NCBI GenBank assembly: GCA_963695345.1
Contig: OY968769.1
Location: forward strand, 1,920,001 to 1,984,000
Length of the DNA: 64,000 nt
Direction of reading: 5' to 3'
Source: an uncultured Methanomassiliicoccales archaeon
GTDB lineage: Archaea; Thermoplasmatota; Thermoplasmata; Methanomassiliicoccales; UBA472
Shown here: one piece after another, positions 11,591 to 21,891 of the stretch
Numbering within the stretch: position 1 is the first letter of the stretch
How the letters are laid out: every line of letters begins with the position of its first letter
Notes under the pieces: model-generated
Told to the model about the DNA's origin: nothing
What the model saw: only the letters and a program-made list of their open reading frames with translations
The model's database searches: none
Program-made: the position numbers and the translations under genes

Positions 11591-13351
11591 TCAATCCTCT
11601 ATCTTCTTCAGCTGGGACCGGTACATGTTCTCCAGCTCATCGGTTGTGGTAGCTTCCCTCGGGCCTTTGTCATCCCGGACCTTTCCGGTAAAACGGGGAA
11701 ACCGTATGGCCAGGCCGGCATCCTTACGCACCCTTCCGAACGCGCAGGTATGGATCGGCGACAGGGTTATCTCGGCCCCGAGCACCTCCAGCACAATGCC
11801 CGGTTCAAACCAGAAGTCAGCCTGCATGTTGCTCCTGACCAGGTGGTGCCTTTCCGTGAGTTTGTACTTTTCCAGCAGGGTCAGCATTTGGGCGAGCGCG
11901 GCATCGTCGAAGCCGCTCCCCAGCTTGGAAACCGTCTCGAAGGTGTCCTCGCTCGAATTGTAGGTGGCCATGAGCAGTGCACCGTAGAATCCCTTCCGCT
12001 TGCCCCGGCCGGCGAAACCGCCGACAACCACCAGGTCGACCGTGTCGGTCATCTCCGAACGGTATTCTTTCTTGTACTTGATCCAGAGGAACCCGCGGCT
12101 GCCAGCGCGGTATACCGATTCCGGGGCGATGGACTTGGCCATAAGGCCTTCGCAGCCGTCCTTCAGCGCCTCCTGGAAGAACTTTTCCACGCTGGACTCG
12201 TCCGAGAGGACACGCATCTCGGACAATTTCACTGACTCCGTGAGTTGGATCGCCGATTGTAGGGCCGCCCTTCGTTTCAGCAGCGGCTGCTGAGAGATGT
12301 CCTCCCCTTCCAGATAAAGGCAGTCGAACAGGCACATCCTAACCGGATAATCTTCGATGGCCTCTTCCAAGCCATGTTTCCTCCCCCGCCTATGGGAGAC
12401 CTCCTGGAAGGGCAGGAACTCGCCCGTGTTGACGTCCACCGGTACGCATTCCCCTTCGACTATGGCGCTCTTGCCCTTGAACGATTCAAGCACGGCCTTG
12501 ACCACATCGGGGAACTGGCCAGTGAGGTCCTCCAATCGCCTCGAATAAAGCGTTATCTTGCCCTGGTCGATGTGCGCCTGGACCCGCACCCCGTCGTACT
12601 TGTATTCGAAGGCCGCGGTCCCGCCCATCCTCTCGAGGATCTCCTTCGGCGAGGGCAATCTTTCGGCCAGCATGGCCCTGATGGGATTCCCGACCTTTAC
12701 CTTCATCTCTTTGACGCCATCGATCCCCTTTTCCTGTACGATCTCCGCCACCAGTCCCAGATCGGAGGAGACGTTGTAGCCGTTCTCCACGATGTCGCGC
12801 TCGTCCTTGGTGGCATAGGCCAGGGCCAAAGAGTCGATTATGGTCATCGTCGCCACGCCCAGCCTCATCTTTCCGGTGACGATGCGAGAGATGTACTTTG
12901 CCTCTTCCGGATCGGCGTCCACGAGGATCCTGATGAGCAATTTCATCTTGGTGTCCTGCGAACCGCCTCCCTCCGACACGGCGATCTGCTCCAAGGCAGC
13001 GTAGACGCGGTCCAGCGTTAGGGGTTCTGATGTCAGCGTGGTCTGGGCCCGTCTTGGTATCAGGCGAAAAGCCACCAACCCCGGGTCGCCTTCCTTGATC
13101 ATCAGGTCTTGGATCGTGGATTCTCCTTTTCTGGTGATGAAGGCGAGGGCCTTGAATAGTAGCTTGTCGGCCATTCCCAGCTTCTGCGGGTTGAAGTCCG
13201 GGTAGAGCTGACCTTGGGTGAGGTAGACCGCCTTTCGCAGCGAGCCGCGGTCTGCCGATCTAAAGAACTGGGACAGGATATCGGTCATCTCGAGCCGACT
13301 CGATGTCCTCTCGAGCTTCTCGTATGTATCGACCAGTTCCCGGAACAGCAT
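11591..13351 (-). CDS. lig: ATP-dependent DNA ligase
   Basis: EYKYDGVRVQAH (motif I), EGLMAK, WIKYK and IRFPRF. Confidence 0.97.
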   Translation of the reverse strand: MLFRELVDTYEKLERTSSRLEMTDILSQFFRSADRGSLRKAVYLTQGQLYPDFNPQKLGMADKLLFKALAFITRKGESTIQDLMIKEGDPGLVAFRLIPRRAQTTLTSEPLTLDRVYAALEQIAVSEGGGSQDTKMKLLIRILVDADPEEAKYISRIVTGKMRLGVATMTIIDSLALAYATKDERDIVENGYNVSSDLGLVAEIVQEKGIDGVKEMKVKVGNPIRAMLAERLPSPKEILERMGGTAAFEYKYDGVRVQAHIDQGKITLYSRRLEDLTGQFPDVVKAVLESFKGKSAIVEGECVPVDVNTGEFLPFQEVSHRRGRKHGLEEAIEDYPVRMCLFDCLYLEGEDISQQPLLKRRAALQSAIQLTESVKLSEMRVLSDESSVEKFFQEALKDGCEGLMAKSIAPESVYRAGSRGFLWIKYKKEYRSEMTDTVDLVVVGGFAGRGKRKGFYGALLMATYNSSEDTFETVSKLGSGFDDAALAQMLTLLEKYKLTERHHLVRSNMQADFWFEPGIVLEVLGAEITLSPIHTCAFGRVRKDAGLAIRFPRFTGKVRDDKGPREATTTDELENMYRSQLKKIED

Positions 13352-13430
13352 GTCCCATCTAATGGACTTACATTATTTAATCCTCTCACTTTGAATGGCA
13401 AAATCGGTCTTTCTGGTAGCTCCAGTACAC

Positions 13431-15038
13431 TCAGAAATCGAATAGTGAGGCTTGTCCGGGCTTTGTCGGCTTCTTGTCCGAATAAGGTCCTTCGTCCTTG
13501 TTTTGGGCTTTCTCTTCCTTGAGCTCTTCGCTCAGCGCCTTCAGCCGTTTGCGCATGGCCGATTCCTTCTTGACGCTGGCGTAGAAGTAAGCCTGGTCCC
13601 GGGTGTCCTTTGTTATCAGGATGACAACCCGGCCCGCTCGTTTCCTGCCCGTCCTTCCCCGCCGTTGGATCGAGCGTATCTCCGATGCCACCGGTTCGTA
13701 GAACACCACCAGGTCGGTCTGTGCCACGTCCAGTCCCTCCTCGCCCACGGACGTCGCCACGACCACGTTGTACTCTCCGTTCCGGAACTTGTCCAAGACC
13801 CCTACCTGCCCTTTCTGGCTCAATCCCTTTTCGCCGACCCGGTCGGCCTGCCCCACCAGCTTGGCCACTTTGACACCCGGTATGGATGACAGTTTCGTTG
13901 CCATAAGGTCGCAGGTGTCCCGATAATGGGTGAAAACCAGCACGCGGGAGTTGGGTTTGTCGTTGACCTGCTGTGAGACGATGCTCATGACCTTGGACAG
14001 CTTGGGGTGCTCGGAACGTATGGTCTTCATCAGTTCCAGGACGTCCTTGAACTGTTCCGAGGAGACCACCACCTTGGACGCCTTCGACCCCTCGTCCGAG
14101 TTCGCCTCCGCCACCAGTCGCTCGAAGTAGGCGTTGAGGGCCGATGTGCCTTGGGTCTCGGCAAGTCCCAGGGCATGCTCCATCTTGACCGCCATGGCCT
14201 GGAGGCTGAGGGCACGGTATATGTTCTTGTTCTTCTCACCGGAACGCAGGCGTGCCTGAAGGTTCGCCTGCAGGTCCAGAAGATAGCGCATGTTGACCGG
14301 TCTGCCTTTGTCCAACATGCCCAGGTTTGTCAGTTCTTTGATATAGGTTTCGTATAGGGAGGAAAGGATGGCTATTATCTTCCTCAGATCGATGGGCACA
14401 TCCACCTCGATGTGCTGCATCTGGACATCCTGCACATAGGGGGCGACGTCCGGGTCGAACTCGGTACGGACCTCGATGTCGACGATGCCCAGGCTCTCGC
14501 ACACCTCCTTGATCTTGGCCTTGTTACCTCCCGGGGAAGCGGTCATCCCGAGCACCAGACGGCCGTAGTCCTTGTACTGCTGGGCGACCGCCACGTAGGC
14601 ATAGCTGCCGACGGCCCTGTGAGCCTCGTCGAAAACTATCAGCTGAACGTCCTTGAGCGAGACCCTCTCCTGTTTCAGGTCGTTGGCGACCACCTGCGGC
14701 GTGGACACGATTATGTCGTTCTGGATCCAAAGCGCCTCGCGTTCTTCCGGGTCCACCTCTCCGGTGAGGACGGTGACCGTTTTTCCAATCACCATCTCCC
14801 TGAGGAAAGAGGCGTGCTGTTCCACCAGGGGCTTTGTGGGCGCAAGCAACAGTACCTTTCCCTTGCGCTTCTCCAGCACGTGCGCCAGGACGATCAGCGC
14901 GATGACGGTCTTGCCCATGCCGGTGGGCAGGACCACCAGGGTGTTGGAGCGCAGTGCCAGTCGGGCCAGATCTATCTGGTAGTCCCGCTTCTCGACCGCG
15001 TCCTTCTTTATCAGTGAGTGCTCCAAGAACACGTTCAT
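13431..15038 (-). CDS. hef: Hef/FANCM-like DEAH helicase (helicase domain only)
   Basis: LPTGMGKT, FDEAHRAVG, ATSVGEEGLD and IQRRGRTGR. No ERCC4 nuclease domain. Confidence 0.9.
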   Translation of the reverse strand: MNVFLEHSLIKKDAVEKRDYQIDLARLALRSNTLVVLPTGMGKTVIALIVLAHVLEKRKGKVLLLAPTKPLVEQHASFLREMVIGKTVTVLTGEVDPEEREALWIQNDIIVSTPQVVANDLKQERVSLKDVQLIVFDEAHRAVGSYAYVAVAQQYKDYGRLVLGMTASPGGNKAKIKEVCESLGIVDIEVRTEFDPDVAPYVQDVQMQHIEVDVPIDLRKIIAILSSLYETYIKELTNLGMLDKGRPVNMRYLLDLQANLQARLRSGEKNKNIYRALSLQAMAVKMEHALGLAETQGTSALNAYFERLVAEANSDEGSKASKVVVSSEQFKDVLELMKTIRSEHPKLSKVMSIVSQQVNDKPNSRVLVFTHYRDTCDLMATKLSSIPGVKVAKLVGQADRVGEKGLSQKGQVGVLDKFRNGEYNVVVATSVGEEGLDVAQTDLVVFYEPVASEIRSIQRRGRTGRKRAGRVVILITKDTRDQAYFYASVKKESAMRKRLKALSEELKEEKAQNKDEGPYSDKKPTKPGQASLFDF

Positions 15039-15099
15039 GAGAATAAGGTCTTATTAGAATAGGATTTGGGGCGGAGCCCCGTAAATGGTTGGTGTTTCC

Positions 15100-15420
15100 T
15101 TAATGGCATCCGCCGCCGCAGGAACTGCATCCTGCCATGTTCGGGTTGTGGACGATGAGGCCGGACCCATACGGGGTCTCGATAAAGTCCACAGTACAGG
15201 AGTCGAGGACTTCCTTCGTCTCCTTGTCGTAGAACAGGGAGAATTCATCGGCCTTCTGCTCCAAGTCTCCCTCTTTTGCCTTGTCCTGGAAGGACATCCC
15301 GAACTGCGGGCCAGAACAGCCCATTCCTGAAAGGTATATCCTGATCCCGAATCCCTGCTTGCTGTTCTTCGCTATCAGGTCCTTGATGTACTTAGTGGCC
15401 TCTTCTGTGACTTCCACCAT
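15100..15420 (-). CDS. HesB/IscA-family iron-sulfur cluster assembly accessory protein
   Basis: IRIYLSGMGCSG.. and C-terminal CSSCGGGCH. Confidence 0.88.
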   Translation of the reverse strand: MVEVTEEATKYIKDLIAKNSKQGFGIRIYLSGMGCSGPQFGMSFQDKAKEGDLEQKADEFSLFYDKETKEVLDSCTVDFIETPYGSGLIVHNPNMAGCSSCGGGCH

Positions 15421-15552
15421 GTCTTTCACCTAGTGGGTATCGAAATTCCACCGGATATATAATGTCTGTGCTATTGCATCGTGTTTTATCGCAGGACCTG
15501 ATTTTCTGACGGGCCGAATAGTATTTGAATTGAAGCCAGTCTACGATGTCCG

Positions 15553-16008
15553 ATGATCCAATTCCGGGCGATGAACCGCAGCGACATCCCGGCCTTGGTA
15601 AAAATGAGCCGAGATAACATGGCGAGCATAATACGCTCGGCATGGGGTCTTGAATGGCGGGACGAACCTTTACTGGAGTGGCTAACGTCCAAGGACGTGG
15701 AAACCGAGGTGGCGATGCTCGATGGGGAACTCGCCGGCTACGTCTCGCTGGAGGTGGTCGATCGCTACTTCTTTATCACCTCCATACAACTTTGGAAAGA
15801 CATGCAGCACAAGGGATTCGGCACCGAGATGATGAAGCACGTCGAATCCAAAGCCTTGGACACAGGCTTTGAAGGTGTGGAGCTCGTGGTGCAGATGACC
15901 AACGAAATAGCGTTGCGCTTCTACCGGCACCTCGGATACAGAAAGGTATGCCGCAAGGGCAACAACTACCTAATGCGTAAGACATTGATCGGACCAGGCA
16001 AAGGTTGA
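15553..16008 (+). CDS. GNAT family N-acetyltransferase
   Basis: QHKGFGTEMM motif A and NEIALRFYRHLGY. Confidence 0.88.
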   Translation: MIQFRAMNRSDIPALVKMSRDNMASIIRSAWGLEWRDEPLLEWLTSKDVETEVAMLDGELAGYVSLEVVDRYFFITSIQLWKDMQHKGFGTEMMKHVESKALDTGFEGVELVVQMTNEIALRFYRHLGYRKVCRKGNNYLMRKTLIGPGKG

Positions 16009-16052
16009 TTAAACCGGTTAAAATAACTGAGACCAATGATGGGGTTAATGGA

Positions 16053-16865
16053 ATGAAAACCACTCGTTTCCTCTTTGTATTCCTGGTCATGAATTTGACC
16101 CTGTTCTCTATCCTCCCGGTTTCCATGGCCGCCGTGGTCCAGGTCGTTCCCTCCGAACCGTATGAGATAGGGGCTTCCAACTGGAACGGGGTCGCCCATA
16201 TATGGTGGAGGGAACCGAACCAGACCGGACCGGGGATAACCCATTACCTGGTCTACCGTCAGATCGATGACGCGGGAATGGTCCTCCTGGCCCAGTTGAA
16301 CGCGACGGACCTGGAGTTCAACGATCCGCTGCCTTCCTCCGCCTCCAGCGTAACCTACTGGATAGTGGCTGGGAACTCCCTCGGCCTGAGCAATCCGGGA
16401 GACCGGGTGACCCTGGTTCCGGGAGCGTTCCCCAGCACACCTACCGGACTCCGGGCAGAGGCCGGGTCCGACTATGTCGATCTATCCTGGAACACTCCAT
16501 CATCGAACGGAGGCAACAATATCACACAATATGCCCTGAGGCGGCAGTCGGCCGCGGGCGAGTCCATACTATTCTATGTCCAAGTAAGCAATAGTAATAT
16601 CCCGATCACCTCCGTTCATGACGATCAGGCCGGTTCCGGAACGGTCTACACATACAATGTTATGGCCGTGACCAACAACAGCGAGTCGGGCTGGAGCGAC
16701 AGCGTCACGGTGACCACGCCAAAAAAGGACATCAACGACAACAGCGGCCTGTTGTCCGTCTTTGCGGTGGTCATTGCGGTCATCGCCCTTCAGCTGGGGA
16801 TCATCGCTGTCTATGTGGTTGTGAACCGTAAGGCGTTCAAGCCAAAGCCGCCCCAGAAATCCTGA
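16053..16865 (+). CDS. Membrane-anchored protein with two fibronectin type III domains
   Basis: Signal peptide, PSTPTGL..VDLSWNTPSSNGG..ITQY..YTYNVMAV..GWSD and a C-terminal TM helix. Confidence 0.85.
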   Translation: MKTTRFLFVFLVMNLTLFSILPVSMAAVVQVVPSEPYEIGASNWNGVAHIWWREPNQTGPGITHYLVYRQIDDAGMVLLAQLNATDLEFNDPLPSSASSVTYWIVAGNSLGLSNPGDRVTLVPGAFPSTPTGLRAEAGSDYVDLSWNTPSSNGGNNITQYALRRQSAAGESILFYVQVSNSNIPITSVHDDQAGSGTVYTYNVMAVTNNSESGWSDSVTVTTPKKDINDNSGLLSVFAVVIAVIALQLGIIAVYVVVNRKAFKPKPPQKS

Positions 16866-17106
16866 TACCGCCTGTATCGAAAGGTCGCTTGACTGGGATC
16901 GCCATTCATGCGATGGCACGGAAGACTCGATTTTGTCTATTGAACCAGGTCTATTCCCGCAGATCGGATCTTGGCTGGCCATGTTCAACCGGGAATACGG
17001 ATTCGACGTCATGTTCCATGAAGTATTGGCCTTAAAACTCTGGCCTTTGCCGTTTGACTGGCGAATATGGAAAGGATTAATAAACCCCATTTAATAAGGA
17101 GCCTGA

Positions 17107-19358
17107 ATGACAGAGCCGATGGAGCACAAGTCCGGTGAGGTAGAGGTCACCCTTCGAAGGGACCTTGGCCTGCTGGAGGTCCTTATGATCGGCATCGGTC
17201 CGAACATCGGTTCTACCATATTCATTCTCATAGGTGCTGCATCCGGTATTGCTGGACCCGCCGTCATTCTGGCGATGGTGCTGAATTTCTTCGTGACGCT
17301 CGCCACCGCCATGTCGTACGCCGAACTGTCATCCGCCTTCCCGGAGACGGGAGGCGGCTATCTCTGGATCAAAGAAGGGCTGTTCCCCCCATTCGGATTC
17401 CTGGGAGGATGGATGTCATGGGTAGGTCATTGCATTGCCTGTTCCGTGTATGCCCTTGGCTTCGGGGTCGGAGTGAATGTCTTCTTAAGCCTTTACAACG
17501 TCACACTCTTTGGACTAGACCCAGATACAATTTCAAAAATCGCCGCGGTCTTCATCGCAGTCGTTTTCGTCTATCTCAACTACCGTGGGGTAAAGAGCGC
17601 TGGAAGATCGGAGATCATCGTCTCGTTCATATTGATCGCTGTGATAATGATCTTCCTGGTATGCTCGGCGTACTTTGTGTTCACGCACGACACCGGTGCC
17701 AATTTCACACCTTTGATCCCCAAAGGGATGATATCCATCCTAATCTCGATGGGATTCACCTTCATGGTGTTCGAGGGTTATGAGGTGGTAGCCCAGACCG
17801 GTGAGGAGGCCAAGAACCCGGAGAAGAACGTGCCTCGCGCCATCTTCCTGTGCATCGTGATCAGCGCGGTCCTTTTCATCGCTACCGCCATTGTCGCCAT
17901 CGGGGTGTCCGGCTGGCAGCCGTTGGCGGACCAGAGGGGCGGAAGCGATCACCTATACAGCAAGTTTGTCTGTTCCATACCTCGGTGCAGCGCTTATCGC
18001 CTTCGGCATAGTCATTGGCTCGATCGCTGCTGTGAACTCCATTGTCTTCTCGGTGTCCAGAGTATCCTTCGCCATGGGTCGCGACGGTAACCTGCCGGCC
18101 ATGTTCGGGAAGTTACACCCGAAGAAGCAGACCCCCGCCGCCGCCTTGATCCTCAGCGGGATCATCATCATCGGGATGGTGGTGATTCTACCATTGAACC
18201 AAGTGGCTGCGGTCGCCGACATCCTGATCTTACTTCTTTTCACGCTGGTCAACATCTCCGCGATCTCCTTGCGGCGGAGCCGCCCCGACGTCAAGCGGCA
18301 TTTCCTGATGCCGTGGTTCCCATTGTTCCCGCTCATCGGAATAACTGCCAAGATGATCCTGGCGGTCACACTGTTCTTCTATGAGCCCTTCGCTTGGTAT
18401 ATGGCGTTCGCGATCATCAACGTGGGATTGCTGATCCACTACTTCGCCAAGGGCAAGAAGGAAATCGAAATGGTGCCTATCCCGATTCGCGCGCCTCGAA
18501 CCGAGGAGGAGCTGGAACGTTACCGTGTCCTCATTCCCATAGATGATCCGAGGAACATAGCGGCCGTGGACCTGGGATGCATGGTCGCCTCGGACCATAA
18601 CGGGGAACTGATGCTCATAAGCGTTGTCGAGGTCCCGAGCAGTGTCCCCATTAGCGATGTCGACCGGCGTCTGATCGATGACCGGAAGAAGATGCTGGAG
18701 AAGCTCAAGCAGCACGCCGAGATGAGCGGCGTCGTCACCCATGCGCTGGTCACCGTCTCCCACGAAGTTGTCACCGCTGTCATAGATACCGCCAAGGAAG
18801 AAGCGGCCAACATGATCATCATCGGCTGGAAGGGCTACACGCAACACCCAGAAGCGCATCCTGGGCCGCAAGATGGACCTGATCCTGCGTCTCACACCCT
18901 GTGATGTATTGTTCATCAAGTCGGATGAGAAGCTCAAACCGACCCGTATCCTGATCCTTTCCGGCGGTCTGTGGCACGTCAGTGCCGCCACCGGTGTGGC
19001 GGCCATGGTGGCGAGGAAGCAGGGCGCCCGCGTCACCATCCTGAACGTGATCGTGGACGAGAAGTACCTGGAACGCGCCAGGGAGTATTCCAAGCGCCTT
19101 ACCGGCATCCTCGAGGCGGAAAATGTTCCCGTGCTCACGAAGGAGATCCGTCCGGAGACCATTGTCGGCGGGGTCATCGGGGAATCGATGGACTACGACC
19201 TGCTGGTCATGGGTTCCAGCGCCGCCAAGCGCTGGGAGGCCTTTGATTTCGGTCCGCTCCAGGACAAGATCATCACCAATGCCAAATGTCCGGTCCTTGT
19301 CTACAAGCACGTGGTCAAGAAACAGATCGATGAGGACAAGACGGTCGAGGACGACTAA
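17107..19358 (+). CDS. APC-family amino acid permease fused to two universal stress protein domains (frameshifts near 17935 and 18840)
   Basis: LRRDLGLLE..IGSTIF, YAELSSAFPETGGGY and FEGYEVVAQTGEE, followed by USP-type VLIPID..IIIGWKG and LLVMGS..AKCPVLVYK. Confidence 0.9.
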
Positions 19359-20323
19359 CGGGCCACGGAAACGAACTCGTCGACGAACCTTTGGGTCCGT
19401 TCCACCGGTATCCTGGCACCAGCACTGGAGGGATGTCCTCCCCCTTCCAGCCCGTAGATCGACGTGAAATCCTCAATGAACCGACCCAGATCGGTCCCGC
19501 CCTCGCACATACCCCGCATAGAAATGGAGGAATGTATCTTTCGTTCGTTGACCATTATCGCGTAGCGGCAGCCGCGGCGGATAGCTACTTCGACGATCGC
19601 CCGGGTCCCGAAACCGTAGAGAGAACGGTTCTTCTCCGTGCCATCGAAAACCCCTACGCTGCCGCACACCTTCATGCCCGCCCGCGCCCGGGCCAGGGCC
19701 TTCGGCCATCGTTGTTCGTTGACCACCTGGATGAAACGCCTCTTGATGAGGCCCACCTGCGAAGGCCACAGGCCCTGGGACAGATGTTGCGCCGCCTGCA
19801 TACGGAAACAATCGTCGTCAATGTTCAATCTCCAGGAGAAATCCAGGACCCTTGATTCCTCACTCACCATCTGCTGTCCCTTGTCGTTGACTATTTCCGC
19901 CAGGATCGGGGTGCTAAAGTATTCCACCAGGTCGGCTATGGCGACCAACTTCTTCAAGCGGTTCGGGGAGCGAAGAAAATGGTACAGAACACCGGCCGCG
20001 CTCATTCCTTCGTTTATGACCTTCAACCCATGAGGACAGGCGTCGTTCGGCGTCGGGTGATGGTCGATCAGGAAGACTCTCTGTGTCTCCTTTCTCGTCG
20101 CCATGGCCTCGGCCACGTCTGGAACCAGCGCGACATCCGCGAGATAAATCTCATTCGAGGTGAAATCCATCGACAAAGCCCTGGCACCAGCGGTCGGGGA
20201 AGTTATGAAAGACACACGGGAGCTTGGATAACGGTTCAGAAAGATAGCGGCACTTACGATCCCGTCGACATTCCCACGAGTTATCAGGTGCTTTTCCCGG
20301 TCATCCCTGGATAAGCTATCCAT
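19355..20323 (-). CDS. DHH/DHHA1 family phosphoesterase (RecJ/NrnA-like)
   Basis: NVDGIVSA, LADVA, IDHH and GGGHPSSAG. Confidence 0.85.
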   Translation of the reverse strand: MDSLSRDDREKHLITRGNVDGIVSAAIFLNRYPSSRVSFITSPTAGARALSMDFTSNEIYLADVALVPDVAEAMATRKETQRVFLIDHHPTPNDACPHGLKVINEGMSAAGVLYHFLRSPNRLKKLVAIADLVEYFSTPILAEIVNDKGQQMVSEESRVLDFSWRLNIDDDCFRMQAAQHLSQGLWPSQVGLIKRRFIQVVNEQRWPKALARARAGMKVCGSVGVFDGTEKNRSLYGFGTRAIVEVAIRRGCRYAIMVNERKIHSSISMRGMCEGGTDLGRFIEDFTSIYGLEGGGHPSSAGARIPVERTQRFVDEFVSVAR

Positions 20324-20435
20324 GTCCTCGGGAATCTTATATTCCGGTGTGGACTATTTAACAAATCTGTACTTGCTGTATTTACCGGAAATATTGAAGG
20401 GATTGTCATAATATCCGGGCAACGATAAGGTATCC

Positions 20436-21122
20436 GTGAGGTTCATAGGCATCGACCTGGCATGGAAATGCGTGGACCCTAGGCCTTTGAGCACGGCCGT
20501 ATGTATCATCGACGAAGCTGGAAACGCTGTCGTTGAGCTGGTGACCAGTGACCAAGAGATTCTGGCAATGATCGATGGCGGGGTGGATTGCATGGTCGGC
20601 ATCGACGCCTCGCTCACCGTCCCGAACCGGTCAGGGATGAGGTCGACAGAGATACTGGTAAGACGGATGGGTGTCAAAATACTCCCCACTTCGAAAACCT
20701 ACCTCGAGGATAAGTTCGGGGGATCGCGAGGGGAGCGTCTGGTACAGGCTTTGGAAGCCAAAGGGTTCCGTATGGCCAGACCAAATGACAGGTCCGGCCG
20801 TCTGATCTACGAGGTTTTTCCCCACTCCTCGGTCAGATGCCTGCTAGGCAAGCACCGGTACAAACGCGGTAGGCTGGCGGAGAAGCGGCAAGGTTGTCAG
20901 GACCTGTTCAGATCGATAAGGTCACAGAACCCCTGGTTCCAGTTCCCGGACGGACTGGAGGACCAAATGGCATCGGCAGATTCCGCAGCCATCAAGAAGG
21001 CCGCCGACATGCTTGATTCGATGCTATGCTCAATCTCACTGTATAGGCACGCGATATATCGTGGCCAGGCCACTCAGATGATCGGCGACGAGGACAATGG
21101 GTTTATCCTCCTATGCCGATGA
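20436..21122 (+). CDS. DUF429 family predicted RNase H-like nuclease
   Basis: MRFIGIDLAW, VGIDASL..N..GMR and IYEVFPH. Confidence 0.85.
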   Translation: MRFIGIDLAWKCVDPRPLSTAVCIIDEAGNAVVELVTSDQEILAMIDGGVDCMVGIDASLTVPNRSGMRSTEILVRRMGVKILPTSKTYLEDKFGGSRGERLVQALEAKGFRMARPNDRSGRLIYEVFPHSSVRCLLGKHRYKRGRLAEKRQGCQDLFRSIRSQNPWFQFPDGLEDQMASADSAAIKKAADMLDSMLCSISLYRHAIYRGQATQMIGDEDNGFILLCR

Positions 21123-21135
21123 GAGGCTAGAATCG

Positions 21136-21828
21136 ATGACGACAGACGTACAAGATGGCATCTGCGCTTCTTTCCAGAGGGCGGGCAAGGCACATGGATA
21201 CGACAAGGTGAGCGCGAGCTTCTACCCGTTCAAGGATTTCAAAGCGTGCTGGCAAAGGACCGGTAACACCGCCGATTTTAAGGTGACGGACTATTTGGAG
21301 TGTGCCGATGGGCAGATCATCGATGAGTTCGCCGAAAACCTGTTCAAGCGGTTAAGGTCAAAGGCCAAGGTGGAACTGTACAACGACCGGATGAAGGAAT
21401 GGTTCCAGTCCCGGGAGTTCCTGGACATCAACCGTCCTGTATATCTCCGACGCAGCCGCAACCTGGCATATCGGTCCAAGGGAAGCAGCTATGAACTGAT
21501 GGAGTCATTCGAGAGACTACAGGACCAGGGGCTGGTCCCGGATATGCCTAACACCTACATGACCTGGACCAGGAACCCGAACAAGGCCCGTCTGGGCTAC
21601 TGCTCGATCCTGATGCGGGTCATCGCCATCAGCTCGGCGCTGGACACCGAGAAGGTACCAGAATATGTCACGGAGTATGTCCTGTATCACGAACTCCTGC
21701 ACCTGCGGGGCGGACTGAGGTCACTCGGCCGCTATCATGACAAGGCCTTCAAGGATTTGGAAAGGATCCATCCCCGCCACAGGGAGGCGGAGGACTGGCT
21801 GAAACGTGTGGCGGCGAAGAAGGTCTAG
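21136..21828 (+). CDS. YgjP/DUF45 (M48/SprT-like) metallohydrolase
   Basis: RLGYC...VPEYVTEYVLYHELLHL...HDKAFKDLE. Confidence 0.8.
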   Translation: MTTDVQDGICASFQRAGKAHGYDKVSASFYPFKDFKACWQRTGNTADFKVTDYLECADGQIIDEFAENLFKRLRSKAKVELYNDRMKEWFQSREFLDINRPVYLRRSRNLAYRSKGSSYELMESFERLQDQGLVPDMPNTYMTWTRNPNKARLGYCSILMRVIAISSALDTEKVPEYVTEYVLYHELLHLRGGLRSLGRYHDKAFKDLERIHPRHREAEDWLKRVAAKKV

Positions 21829-21891
21829 TAGATTCGGAAACTCGCTCCGGCATCAATATTAACCACCTATCATTAGGGACACGTGGCAATC

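Noticed and set aside
16992-17005. GGAA-N6-TTCG upstream of the amino acid permease as an NrpR site
   Set aside because: It has one mismatch and lies about 70 nt upstream of the likely TATA box, which could easily be chance.
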